Below, piece by piece: positions 41,601 through 51,532 of a stretch of DNA of 64,000 nucleotides. The translations under genes and the position numbers were made by a program. Under the pieces are notes generated by a model. It saw nothing but the letters and a program-made list of their open reading frames with translations. It did not search any database and was not told the origin of the DNA. Source of the stretch: an uncultured bacterium (GTDB taxonomy: Bacteria; Babelota; Babeliae; Babelales; Babelaceae). The DNA is taken from NCBI GenBank assembly GCA_963722385.1, contig CAVRKK010000002.1:1204487-1268486 (forward strand). Reading direction: 5' to 3'. The stretch's first letter is position 1. Each line of letters begins with the position of its first letter.

Positions 41601-44052
41601 CAGCGACTTCTGAGTACTCCATAGTCATTGCCTCTTTTACCACCTGCTTGATCGATAAGCCTTGCAGCGACGCACCGCTATATGTTGTATGCTTGTTGGT
41701 AAGTGTTTTGAAAACAACATCACCATACGCTTTCAAATGAACATTCTTAGCACCAAAAATCTTTGATCCCTCATTAAGCAGCGTGCCCGCCTCACTTATG
41801 AGCTCAATATTGCCCTCAGAAGTAATTCTTCCCGGATAGAAATCTACTACTTGCGAAGAGCTTTGATGGCCGAAGAGTCTGCCAAAAAAGCCAGGGTCCC
41901 ACGTTAAGGTATGGCTTCCCAAAAGAACCGTGTTGGTGATGTCTCCCTGCTTGGCATAGAGCGATACTTTCTGCTTGCCCACAATAGAGCCACCAATGTT
42001 CTTAATACCCGCTTTACCAACGGCATCTTGGGGAACTTCAAGCTCGATATCAAAGCCAATAATATCGCCGCCTTCTAATGGTGTTCGTACAGAGTATTTT
42101 TTAACTTTATTGGCCTTGTTAATAATCGTATCTGCTTGTATCTTGACACGATTAATTGCACGAATCATGCCCTTGTTGACGACTCGATGCATCTTATCAA
42201 TAGTAACATCATGAGCAAGAAGAGAGCCCATACGCTTATTCGCATCACGGTCCGCTGCACACACATGGAGGACAGGGACTAAACAATCAGCACCATTGAA
42301 TTTTTGAACTTGGTAATAGATAAATGAAAATGGCAACTCATGTATAAGCTCTTGCGTGAGTATTCCAAGATTTTGGCCTTCTTGTACGTCCGTCATTTTG
42401 CTTTTGAGCCATGAAGGATAACCATTAATTTTATGGCTGTAGCGCTTGAGAAGTCTGGCGAGCTCTTGCTTTTCTTCCTCAGCCAATTCGACCTTGGTTT
42501 CTTGCGGCTGATCTTTCAACGACTTTCGTGGTTTACTTTGTCCCCAAGGTAGTGGCTCCTTCTTCCTCATTTTTCCTATTCCCCTACCATTGATAAGGGC
42601 TACAAGATAGCCAACACGCTGAAGCTCCTGGAGTTGGGCGGCAAAGTCACCTTCACTTCCAAGTGCGGGCAGGCCGAGCTCAAACAACAGCCGAGAGAGT
42701 ATTTCTACCTGAGAACTAAAAGAGAGGAGCATAGGCGGTTTGCTTAAAGGAGTGCCATGAAAAAATGCAAGCTCATTGCCAGGCTGCCATTCTTCGGTGC
42801 TCTCTTTTTGTGAAGGATGGGTAAAGATAAAGCGCGGGTCATTACAGAGAATGGTAGTGGTGGGATCGATAAACTGAGCAAATGAGAGAGAAATTGGGCC
42901 ATAAGATCTCAGATCATCTACGTCGGGCTTATGATTATGCATAACCCCTTGCTTGTTTGATGATGAGACATGAGCCTCTTGCCCAATAACAATCTGGCCT
43001 GTGCTTTCAAATGCCGGATAGTGCTTGATATCATGTATCTTCACCGGCTGGCCCTGAAGCATGAGCTTGAAATCTTTGCCCGCTTGCAGGATTGCTACAT
43101 CGTCGCAGCTCTCGAAGTAATCAGCGATTGCTCGAGTAACCATGTTTTTGAAGATCCAGCCAGTATCTTCTTTATAGGTCTCACAACGCTTATGATCATT
43201 ACATTGCGTTAGAAGCTGAAATTTTTGGTCAATATTAGCAATAATATTTTCTTTTGCATGCAGAATGCCGCCATAAATACCAACGTGATTGGCAGTAAGG
43301 GAGATATTCCCTTGCGACATCACCAATGAACGTTTTGGCGATACCATATCATACTCAACACATGTCCAGGGATATCCGTTACTATTGGTAGCGTGGTATC
43401 GGTTACCCTCAATTGTTTGTGCTCCGCCATAGAACTGTTTATAGCTGTTTGCTTTGATACATAGATCCCCCGTTGACTCAAACCTTCCTCCAATTGCCAC
43501 CGCCTCACATGACAAATCAGCTTGGCCGCCGACATGCCAGTGGGCCTTACTACCACTCCAGAAAACACCTCGAGGCATACTAATCGCCAAGTCTTTCTTA
43601 AGCGAAATCGGCGTCTGGGAGGTAATTCTGCCACTGCCAGACACCTCAAGCGAAAATGAATCAGCCATCTCAAGTTGGTGAATCGCGATATCGCCTTTGA
43701 GATCCACCGACAAATGAAAACAGTTATCACCTTCCTGAAAGCGTATCTGCAAATTACGAGCGTCTATGAGCGAAAAAGGCTTCGCCATTTCCGTTTGTTT
43801 GAACTTACCGCGCACCTCATGTACAACATCAGCCTGCGCAATCTGCTCACCATTCTTCATGATCTTGCAGTGTGTTGCTTTTTCTGGGCTCTCTTGGCCG
43901 CGCAGCTTAGGTATGTGGCGGGATGCCGGTTCGTCACGCGTAATAATTACGTGGTAGCCCTCCCGGGGCTCCGTGCTTGCTCGACAAAATATTATTGCTA
44001 ATAGAGAAAAAATAGAGACAAGAGCATGCCGTATGAAAGCCTTAATAAACAT
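38623..44052 (-). CDS. CdiA/haemagglutinin-repeat polymorphic toxin with PT-TG pre-toxin motif and putative tRNase tip
   Basis: signal peptide; NGADCLVPVL YP-like motif; beta-helix repeats; VLDFVPIVGNVK..GRDY..ER (PT-TG); tip FEQARNKA..WRLDWAPDKGPHI..FEG..LNR. Confidence 0.85.
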   Translation of the reverse strand: MFIKAFIRHALVSIFSLLAIIFCRASTEPREGYHVIITRDEPASRHIPKLRGQESPEKATHCKIMKNGEQIAQADVVHEVRGKFKQTEMAKPFSLIDARNLQIRFQEGDNCFHLSVDLKGDIAIHQLEMADSFSLEVSGSGRITSQTPISLKKDLAISMPRGVFWSGSKAHWHVGGQADLSCEAVAIGGRFESTGDLCIKANSYKQFYGGAQTIEGNRYHATNSNGYPWTCVEYDMVSPKRSLVMSQGNISLTANHVGIYGGILHAKENIIANIDQKFQLLTQCNDHKRCETYKEDTGWIFKNMVTRAIADYFESCDDVAILQAGKDFKLMLQGQPVKIHDIKHYPAFESTGQIVIGQEAHVSSSNKQGVMHNHKPDVDDLRSYGPISLSFAQFIDPTTTILCNDPRFIFTHPSQKESTEEWQPGNELAFFHGTPLSKPPMLLSFSSQVEILSRLLFELGLPALGSEGDFAAQLQELQRVGYLVALINGRGIGKMRKKEPLPWGQSKPRKSLKDQPQETKVELAEEEKQELARLLKRYSHKINGYPSWLKSKMTDVQEGQNLGILTQELIHELPFSFIYYQVQKFNGADCLVPVLHVCAADRDANKRMGSLLAHDVTIDKMHRVVNKGMIRAINRVKIQADTIINKANKVKKYSVRTPLEGGDIIGFDIELEVPQDAVGKAGIKNIGGSIVGKQKVSLYAKQGDITNTVLLGSHTLTWDPGFFGRLFGHQSSSQVVDFYPGRITSEGNIELISEAGTLLNEGSKIFGAKNVHLKAYGDVVFKTLTNKHTTYSGASLQGLSIKQVVKEAMTMEYSEVAAGQNLTVESTNGSVKSYGASFTAIRDALFKAKKNNDLAIVTKTLKGEQKQLGLDLFGLYATSKKHLQDHIVKTEINVGGKVTFESGEDNVLEAVAVYAGQPIHLIAKRNNIIKGAKQRSSSTTDSWSFGITFFGSDALSLLAGEEYRGALWALNDEDPLLASIHQLATSASTADTLASTTIMGIEALRLFNQYKQKEGSTGKFLAKRLGIADAQGSFAPDLYFNIAHDTIQRKQTITVPSHLSGQEVQIESGDDVQVLDGTTLEAEKATIKGQKFYATAAEHTVTVNQQSQSVGITSNGTIDASTQTGTSYTVTHDNAQINADTFILDVENAELEGAQIHGKSTTLNIKDNLIVESVEDTHYSFSSGASAYVGSAAGGAYYAQKETYDHKVSQASGIEGTEHLEVHVGDTLDLTGAYISSDSTNATVKARHLASEDIHEGKETRGFSIGGSFIPNGDDLGLYGMIDGRYASKSKDGITRATISENIDLDILGAAIAELNRNMRMMQETYVEDETVLRLVIPIINPSKFAQNMQRIKELFAEGGDNRDAINQTMKEAAEEQREEIKQQARDAEEKLLNEFLEQKKKQGEPFTSHEAEFAENMASGQPAEKTEELKDLLREDFDQKYPGTEGYAAQEENEDFEEINLDDQAGEYSQGWPVESASSEEAADPVELKDLYDIYEFSTQDGDTAKKIITTDVTQEDSPGLDNLHTIMVNDQQSADALTASEQIYQELEDIFQAQANQEMLYDESASFVRPLVSTVLDFVPIVGNVKSAAELGLGRDYIGGQDIGYGERALRTAAVIFPYVKHLKFVRTILWPVKLLANKTGKKLKNLKGKVSAIGPSLASYALPELRACTAAGELISKASTTRFVTNPAKLIKSARGAADAGREIILGKVKTFEQARNKAFEILDQLGFSGLNSQPHIGGAGLGEGRIVGRKFPGKGRWRLDWAPDKGPHIHVEDFTMGKGAIGNNLVILFEGTEETVNSLYRHLNR

Positions 44053-44275
44053 AAAGCCAGTCCTCGTAATAAAAGGTTGCGTACACCCCTCATTACTACC
44101 GAGTCCTTGCTTCTTGCCCATCTCGCTTTAGTTTATTGAATATTACCTGATATTCTTTAATTAAGCAAATTGGCTTTTCCAACTTGGTGGTATTACGGTA
44201 CCGGAAAATTGCGCTTTGGATATTCTTAGTTCCGCAAATTTTGCTGCGGGTAGGCGAACCTATAGACATCACGCT

Positions 44276-45740
44276 TTAAAAATAGACTAAAAACGGTAAA
44301 TTGTATTGGCAAAAAGGGAGTCTTGCTCGTACAGTCAGAGCGATTGATCGGCAAAAAATAAGAATCTTGAAAAACGTCACTACAGAACAAATCTTCCTGC
44401 ATCGGCAGAAGCAATTTTGCATGCCGCAATCACGAGCACTTTCTAGAGCACCTTTATTGTCGCTAAATCCGCTTATAAGCAAACGTTTTAATGAGCTATC
44501 CTAGTCGCTCATGAGATATTCAGGGGTGATTAAATCTTTTAACAAAGGCTCGATTTTGGTAAGATCGAATGTATTTTTTAGAATGCATTCGCGGAGCGTA
44601 TGACGATCCCCGATACCATAAAAGATAGTATCTTCTGGGATACTCGAGAATATCTCGTCCGCTAATTGAACATTTGCTTCATTAATTGGTGATGTGTTTA
44701 GCTGCTCAATATCTTCAATGTAGATAGTGTCTATATCCATTGAAACGTAAATCGGGCTGCAGCGGCCTTCTTGCTAAGTTGCGACGAGCTTTATTGATAA
44801 GGCTTTGGTCATGTTCTCTAAGCATCTCTAAAGCCGTTTTGTAATTCTCTTTTTGCTCTGGGGTAAAAGAGGGATTTACATCCCTAGCAGAAGACGCGCT
44901 GGGGTAAGATTTACGGGGAGGGATTGTGGTAGAGAATGCGGTGCGAAAAATGTTGGCTGATGAGGGTATCTCTGAAGTGATTTCGGGAGTTGCTTTAAAG
45001 AAAGGAAGGTCAACAGGCAGCTCGGATGTTTGTATGTTTCCTTTTGCAAAATCAGCTTTATGCACCCTAGCAGAAAAAAACCTTTTGTGGCCGCTTTTTG
45101 CCCATTGAAGGCCGACTACACGTATTGATTCTTCATCTATAAGGCGCGCCACGCCAACGGTGATATCTCCATTTTTGACTTGAGCGCCAAGAGTGTAGCC
45201 ATTTACAGGGCCTGCTGTAAAGGTACCTTGAGGGATCGCATCTTTAAGAAATGGCGCAAGACGTGAAATTGATGATCTATAGCCCACCGATGCCACGGTG
45301 CCAAGCGTCTGGTATAATGCCAGGTTAGTCAACAGATAGCCACCATGTGCCACCAGTATTTCAAAACCTTCATCCATTGATTTGTTGCTTAACTCTTCTT
45401 GGAGCTGCTTATTGGTAACTATTTCGGCAACCAATGCTCCCACTAAGATAGTCTGGACTGCTTTGCTACATTGCACAGGCAAAGCACCGATGACTAATGA
45501 TAGCGCAACACCACAAGCAGTTCTGACGGGATGTTCCAATGCTGATTTGATGGCTTCTTTGGATCCAGTCTTGAAAGCTTTTGTTGTCCGGGCTAATGTT
45601 TGATACGCGAGCTCAACTTCGAGTTCGTTTTCAAATCCAGGCCCCTGCGCCACCACAGGTAAGGCAGAATAAAGAAAAAAACTTGATAAAATTATTCTAA
45701 GTGAGATTTTATGATGGGAGAAGAAAGATGCTATACTCAT
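44276..45740 (-). pseudogene. secreted hypothetical protein, apparently broken by a frameshift (~44740) and an in-frame TAG (44501)
   Basis: 44715..45740 overlaps 44501..44740 in another frame; 44276..44482 continues in frame after the TAG. Confidence 0.45.
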
Positions 45741-45841
45741 GCTTTTCCAGTCCGTTAAAGAATTAGCAAAATAAATATAAGCTTTTTTAAAAGCCTATCC
45801 TTAAGCAAACTTAAATCAAATATTTCTTTTATTCTTTTCGG

Positions 45842-46660
45842 TTATTGTTTTCTGAGCGCGAGACTATCTGCTTGTAGCGCATTAATTTCGAAGCCTTTCA
45901 ATAAACTGTTGAGCAGCTCTAAGTAGGGGCGAATATTGGCTGGTCTATAGGCGGGATCAGCTGGCATGAGCCAAAGTTCCGACCGTTGAGTCTTAACTAA
46001 AATATCTTCACCCCGGGCCGTTTTTCCTCTTAAGGTAAGAAATTCTTTCGAAACAGTGGCCTCATCAAGTACGTAAGGTTCAAATATGCACCCTGCCAAC
46101 AAACCATTTGCTATAAATCTATCGAGCGTATCTCTTAAATGTTGCCAATCTTTTTCTAATAATTCATTTGGCTTTTCAAAAAAGGGTGGTCCAAATGGCC
46201 AATATAGATTTCTTAATACTACGAATACTTGCCATTCTTGAGCAGGTTCCTTGAAGTAATAATCCTCTACTTGAGCTAGTAAGCTCGCTATTTCAAGTCC
46301 CTCAGTAATAGTGAGCCCTTTTTCAATATACCATGAGAAATCTATCCCCATGGACGTGCGTCCTCGGCCCCAGCGGTTAGCACCACTTGGCTCGAAGTAA
46401 AATTCAAAACTTGATTCATCTCTTTCATACATAGATATTACTACATAAGGAGAATAAGCATCGGGGTCTTCAGGATCCTCTTCATACCAGCCAAGTTTGA
46501 CCCAGCGATCTTTTAGCCAAGAAACTAACATGTTATCGAAGGTGCCGAATCCGTACTTGAACATGCCACCTATTTGCCATGCCTTCCACAGCATGTTTAT
46601 CGCACATTGTTCTGTTAAGGGGTGCATTACCTCAAATTTAATGTTAAAGGATCTACTCAT
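45842..46660 (-). CDS. hypothetical protein (possible immunity-like)
   Basis: aromatic/acidic-rich ORF in the toxin region. Confidence 0.6.
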   Translation of the reverse strand: MSRSFNIKFEVMHPLTEQCAINMLWKAWQIGGMFKYGFGTFDNMLVSWLKDRWVKLGWYEEDPEDPDAYSPYVVISMYERDESSFEFYFEPSGANRWGRGRTSMGIDFSWYIEKGLTITEGLEIASLLAQVEDYYFKEPAQEWQVFVVLRNLYWPFGPPFFEKPNELLEKDWQHLRDTLDRFIANGLLAGCIFEPYVLDEATVSKEFLTLRGKTARGEDILVKTQRSELWLMPADPAYRPANIRPYLELLNSLLKGFEINALQADSLALRKQ

Positions 46661-46903
46661 GTGGTTCACCTGGCTTCTATCAGCTATAATAATTAATATA
46701 TCATTTTTTTTAGCTTTGCGAATGGCGTCGACATTTGAGAGGTACCAATAAGTTGCTTAAGCTGGAGATATATCTTTTTGTCAAAGGTTTCAGAATATGC
46801 TTGTTAAGATTGCCGCTGGCTATACGCATACACGGGATAGCTGGTACCAAGCTAACGTGCTGGGAACATGCTTGGTAGAAGGGATATGAAGTCAATATTT
46901 CTT

Positions 46904-47538
46904 TTAGTGGGATCCTCTTTGGAATGATGCAAATTTCAGATAACGATCAATCTCATCTTTATTTAATGAAGGTGTGAAGCAAGTAACTTCATCCAATAAA
47001 ATACTCCTGGAAATTAGCATATTGCTTTGTAGAGCTTTTAATGCCGCAGTGTTAACCAGTAATTTAATATCAGAGGACAAAAAACTATCGGTATCATATG
47101 CTAATTTATCAAAATTAATATCATCTGAACATGGCCGACCTTCAAGTAATAACTTAAACAGCTCAGCTCTTGATTCTAAGTCTGGAGGTGGAATAAAAAT
47201 ACGTTTATCTATTCTACCGGAACGCAAAACTGCTGGATCTAGTCGCTCAGGAAAATTGGTTGCGCCTATAACAAGAATCTTCTTTTTTACACAACTCTCC
47301 ATTTGTATCAAAAATTCACCAATTTCACTTTCACGATATTGGCTAGAAGAAGAAAGGGCATCTCTTTTTGGGGATCAATCCGGAAATCTCATCGATAAAA
47401 AGCACACTTGGCGCTCTTCTTTCAGCTTCTCTGAAAGCAGCTGCAATATTTGTTGAAGTGTTATGAATGTATGGACTACCAACATTGCCTTCACTTATTT
47501 CTATTATTTCAGCTCTTATCGCTTCAGCTAACTTTCTA
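46904..47538 (-). pseudogene. AAA+ ATPase (CDC48/FtsH-type module) fragment, frameshifted and 5'-truncated by IS5
   Basis: VLFIDEI Walker B, IGATNFPERLDPAVLRSGRID; frame change near 47370; Walker A missing. Confidence 0.85.
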
Positions 47539-48347
47539 GGTTCTGTCCCTAAATAAAAAATGCTAAAATAGAGCCATTTAAAAAGGAGAAAAAATGGCTC
47601 GAAAAGTAATAGATGATGCGATGTGGTCAAAGCTTGAAATACTGATTACAAAGGTAAAGCGAGCAGGGAGGCCAGCAAAAGATGATAGGCTATTTATAGA
47701 AGCAGTATGCTGGATAATAAGAACTGGAGCACCATTTAGAGATTTGCCTCCTTTATTTGGTAGCTGGAAAACAACATATAATCGCTATAATAGGTGGTAA
47801 AATCTGGCAAATTTGATGAAATTTTTGACCTCTTAAAAAAAAGATGGCGATCACGAATGGCATATGATTGATTCAACAATTGTCCGAGCACATCAGCATT
47901 CAGCAGGAAAAAATCAATGTATGCAAGCTCTAGAAAGAAGTAAAGGAGGCTTTACCACCAAGATTCATGCTCAGGTAGATTCTTTCGGTTACCCATTAAA
48001 TTTTGAATTAACCGGAGGAGAAGCTCATGAAATGTCTGTTGTTTATAATCTCCTAACTTTTGATTGTCAATATCTTATCGCTGATCGCGTTTATGATTCA
48101 GACGAATTAAGATCATTACTTGTCGATAGAGGCATCATACCAGTTATTCCAAGCAAAATAAATCGTAAAAACCCTTGCGCTCATGATACATTTATTTACA
48201 AAGAGCGTAATCAAATAGAAAGATTTTTCAATAGAATAAAGCAATTTAGAAGAATAGCAAGCCGTTTTGATAAAACTTGCACTATGTTTAAGGGTGCTCT
48301 TGTTTTCGTTTCTATTTTGCTTTGGTTAAAAAATTAGGGACATGCCC
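47539..48347 (+). mobile_element. IS5-family element (IS427-like, two-ORF frameshift type), probably inactive
   Basis: IRs GGTTCTGTCCCTAA / TTAGGGACATGCCC flanked by TA; orfA RTGAPFRDLP..FG.W.T.Y; orfB IDSTIVRAHQH, ADRVYD, RNQIERFF; A8 slippery run at 47835-47842; premature TAA at 47800. Confidence 0.9.
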
Positions 48348-48509
48348 TAATTTTGGCTAGCCTTTTATGGGGGCTGGCCTGTTACCTTTCTACGTGTTGA
48401 TTATTCTATGATGGCTATAATATTTAAGAAGAAACAGTTGCGCTGGTATCCTTTGTTACTAGGAAATTTACTGGGAAATACACGGAAGCAAAAAATTTCC
48501 GTGTTGCTC

Positions 48510-49871
48510 TTAGATTTCTATCCCTTCGGACAAAATATAAAAAGCGGTAGGGTCCTTTTCAGAGCTGGCTATTCGTTTAATAACACCAGCATCCATAAGC
48601 TCTTTTAAACGCATGCGTGCTGCTCTCACGCTAAGATTCCAAATTCGGGCAGCTTCGGTAGGCGTTGCTTTTCCATTCTTTTTTAAATGCATTACTAATA
48701 ATTCTTGCCATGGTTTCAGTCTCATCTTTTCTGTGCGTAAACCATACAGGGTCACCCTGAATCGATTATGCAGTTCTTCGAACTTTGGGCGGGGTAGCCC
48801 CATCTGCACGCATTGAGCGATTATATTTCTAAGGCCCAATCCCCATCTCTCGATAAGATGTAACTCCTTAAATACTCTGCCTATGACACGGTTTCTCAGA
48901 CGAGATGAACCTTCAAGCGCATGTTCCATTGTAAGTCCAAAAGTAAGTCCTCCAGGATTAGTAAATTCAATCCGATCATCGAATATTCCAATTGTGATAG
49001 TGACACCCTTCATGGCATAATCAGTATGCAAAAGGGCATTGGTAATGGCTTCTCTTATAGCTCTTGGAGGGTATTGCGGAACTTTTTTATGTTCAATGCG
49101 ACCAACCTCTATTCCTGTCCGTGTATTTCGTTCGATAAATGCTGTGACTGGATCTATAGCAAGCGGCAAAAGATCGCTTATCTCTAGTTCGTCTATGATG
49201 CTTTCTCGCTCAATTCCGGCAAAGCGAGCACAACGAACAATTGCATCGGGAAAGTATCTCAGTCGATTGAACCCAAACAATAAAATACCACCATTGGTGG
49301 GATGATAGGCACGCGACTTGCTTATTATGAGCCCTATGTCTTCGGCGTTTGCTTTAGTGAGTCCTTTTTTAACTCGTTTAAACAAGTCTTCAGCCACTCG
49401 CCAATCAATATCAGTTTCTTCGGCATCCAAGCAGGGAAGCTGGTCAAAGGAGACATTCTTCGACAAAAGTATTAATGCTTGCAGTGTTTCTGTGTCAGCC
49501 AACCTGTTTGTCGATCCAAGACGTACATAAGTACCCTTATCCTTTCCTAATTTTTTTATAAAAAAAGGACCGCCTTGATGGGCAATACGTATAAGAAGCA
49601 GCTCTTTATTGTGATAAGAAACAATCTCTATATCAGGAATTAAAAGTGGTTCAACAAGATGGGCTAATGCATTAGCAATCCGGCCTTCCTCCAAAAGCGG
49701 ATCTTGAAGACCCACAAGTTCGCGCGTTTGATCACGAACTCCGATAAGTATTATTCCACCAGCAGTATTTGCAAATGCAATAGCTGCACGCACAATTCTA
49801 TCCAATGAATCAGCATTTTCTTTGAACTCGAGGGTTTTTCCCTCATTCTGCTTTAAAAGTTCTTCAACCAT
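48510..49871 (-). CDS. AlbA_2 (Schlafen-like) + HATPase_c_4 + HTH protein
   Basis: EGKTLEFKE, AFANTAGGIILIGV, REAITNALLHTDY, NPGGL, RNRVIG, C-terminal HTH. Confidence 0.88.
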   Translation of the reverse strand: MVEELLKQNEGKTLEFKENADSLDRIVRAAIAFANTAGGIILIGVRDQTRELVGLQDPLLEEGRIANALAHLVEPLLIPDIEIVSYHNKELLLIRIAHQGGPFFIKKLGKDKGTYVRLGSTNRLADTETLQALILLSKNVSFDQLPCLDAEETDIDWRVAEDLFKRVKKGLTKANAEDIGLIISKSRAYHPTNGGILLFGFNRLRYFPDAIVRCARFAGIERESIIDELEISDLLPLAIDPVTAFIERNTRTGIEVGRIEHKKVPQYPPRAIREAITNALLHTDYAMKGVTITIGIFDDRIEFTNPGGLTFGLTMEHALEGSSRLRNRVIGRVFKELHLIERWGLGLRNIIAQCVQMGLPRPKFEELHNRFRVTLYGLRTEKMRLKPWQELLVMHLKKNGKATPTEAARIWNLSVRAARMRLKELMDAGVIKRIASSEKDPTAFYILSEGIEI

Positions 49872-49903
49872 AATTTTTCCAATATAAAAGGCATTTTACT
49901 AGG

Positions 49904-49932
49904 AAATTAACACGGAAGTAGAAAAAGGTCAA
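49904..49932 (-). promoter_or_regulatory. putative sigma70 promoter of the AlbA_2 gene overlapping a repeated motif
   Basis: minus strand TTGACC-17 nt-TAATTT. Confidence 0.45.
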
Positions 49933-50406
49933 AAAATTTTTGTAGATCCCAAGCCATTTATAGGATTATGTCACTAAGTCTGCAAAATTGTTGCGCCTCA
50001 TGTAATTTGTACTAAGCAGTTTTTGCTTATAAGATGCCGCAATATGTTATATGCCATTCTAAGGCAATCCCAATATGCGACAACCTGTGTTCGTTGTAAT
50101 CTATTACTTGTTGTGCCACGATAGCCACTTTGATTTACTTCGTTAACTATCGCATCAAGCGTATAATTTTGAGCGGTAGCTCTATGATGGTTGTTATTAA
50201 TTCATGATTTTGAGAAATTCTTCTAGGTTTTTCAGCTTCAGGCTTTAGTATGTTTACTATTTGAGTAAGGTAAAACTCAGTTCCAGCACGGGAACGGTGC
50301 ACGCTGCTAAAACCGCCGCTCCGCCGCATAAACAGCGGGTTTTTTTAGCGGTCTTAAGTGAGCGCTACGAACATACTAAAAGATTCAACTCAACAAGAAT
50401 TCTTGA

Positions 50407-50432
50407 CTTGCTACTACATATGTAGTAGCAAG
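50407..50432. promoter_or_regulatory. perfect 26-bp palindrome, operator-like
   Basis: CTTGCTACTACAT/ATGTAGTAGCAAG overlapping TTGACT upstream of the Sel1 gene. Confidence 0.5.
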
Positions 50433-50476
50433 ATATTTTAAAGATGAATTTTTATATATTTTAGCAAGGAGATGAA

Positions 50477-51175
50477 ATGTTGCTTTCAATAGGATTACTA
50501 ATAATCACACTACTATCTACAAGCCTTTATGCGCAAAAAGTAGAGAAAAGCGAGCAGCTTATGAAAGACATAGCATACTATAAAGCGTATGCAGATGAAG
50601 GAGATGCTGAGGCTCAATTCAAGTTATCAAGACTTTACAATGCCCTGCGCGAGAATGCTTTCAGCGAGAATGGTAAAGAACTGCTGAGCGACGAGCTAGA
50701 AGAGCTAGAGAACCACTATCTACTTCAAGCGGCAAGTCAAGGGCTAGCAAAAGCAGAATATTCCTGTGTGGTAAACAGCCTACTTGGAGAAGAACTAGAA
50801 AAGAAGTATCTAGAAAATGCTGCACATAAAGGATTGATAGAAGCTCAGAATCATTTAGGTTGCCGCTATCTCGAAGAAGGAAATTTTGAAAAAGCAGAAT
50901 ATTATTTTAAGCAGGCATTGGGTAATATGTCTCTTATAGCTATCCGTAATTTAGCAACCCTTTATGCATTACAAGGAAAAGAAAAAGAAGTAGATCAATG
51001 GCTAAAAAGAGAACAAGAGCTAGAAGAATATCTGAAGGATGCAGGCTTAAATCTAGCACCTAGACATGATTTTACGTGCATGAGGCATGAACCAAAGGGC
51101 ATTAAGTTTAGCTCCAACAATCGACTGATTCAAGGGGCGTTTCAATACCCTTCCGAATACTTTTCTATAAAGTAA
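50477..51175 (+). CDS. secreted Sel1/TPR repeat protein
   Basis: signal peptide; ADEGDAEAQFKL, AASQGLAKAEY, AAHKGLIEAQNHLG. Confidence 0.85.
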   Translation: MLLSIGLLIITLLSTSLYAQKVEKSEQLMKDIAYYKAYADEGDAEAQFKLSRLYNALRENAFSENGKELLSDELEELENHYLLQAASQGLAKAEYSCVVNSLLGEELEKKYLENAAHKGLIEAQNHLGCRYLEEGNFEKAEYYFKQALGNMSLIAIRNLATLYALQGKEKEVDQWLKREQELEEYLKDAGLNLAPRHDFTCMRHEPKGIKFSSNNRLIQGAFQYPSEYFSIK

Positions 51176-51253
51176 CCTTCAAAATTATAGCTAACAGATG
51201 AGAAAAGCGAATTATTTAATTTGGAATGTTATAATTTAAGAAAGAACCATCAC

Positions 51254-51532
51254 ATGAGAATTTTATCGATCATGGAAGTAAACTATTTCTTCTTGCTACT
51301 TATAAGCATGATAACTTGTGTTAATGCAGAAGGCCCAAGCACCTTGACGCTTCCCTTAAAAGAATCTTCTGTTTCTCATGAGATTATTGGTAATCAAAGT
51401 GATCTCTGGTTATCTTACGAAGATAAAGGTGATTTGGAAAAGACTGAATTCTACCTGAAGCAGGCCGCAGATCAAGGTACAGCAAGCTCTCGAGCTAATT
51501 TAGGATTTTTCTATCTTAGGCATCCTAATTTA
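51254..51532 (+). pseudogene. Sel1 repeat protein truncated by IS982
   Basis: YLKQAADQG..SRANLGFFY runs into the IS left end. Confidence 0.7.

Noticed and set aside
44501..44503. Stop-codon recoding to explain in-frame TAG/TGA in accessory ORFs
   Set aside because: Conserved ribosomal genes end normally in TGA, TAG and TAA, and the broken ORFs also carry frameshifts, indicating decay.
50268..50352. Riboswitch-like GC-rich hairpins
   Set aside because: No recognisable aptamer consensus; only an imperfect stem with a T-run.
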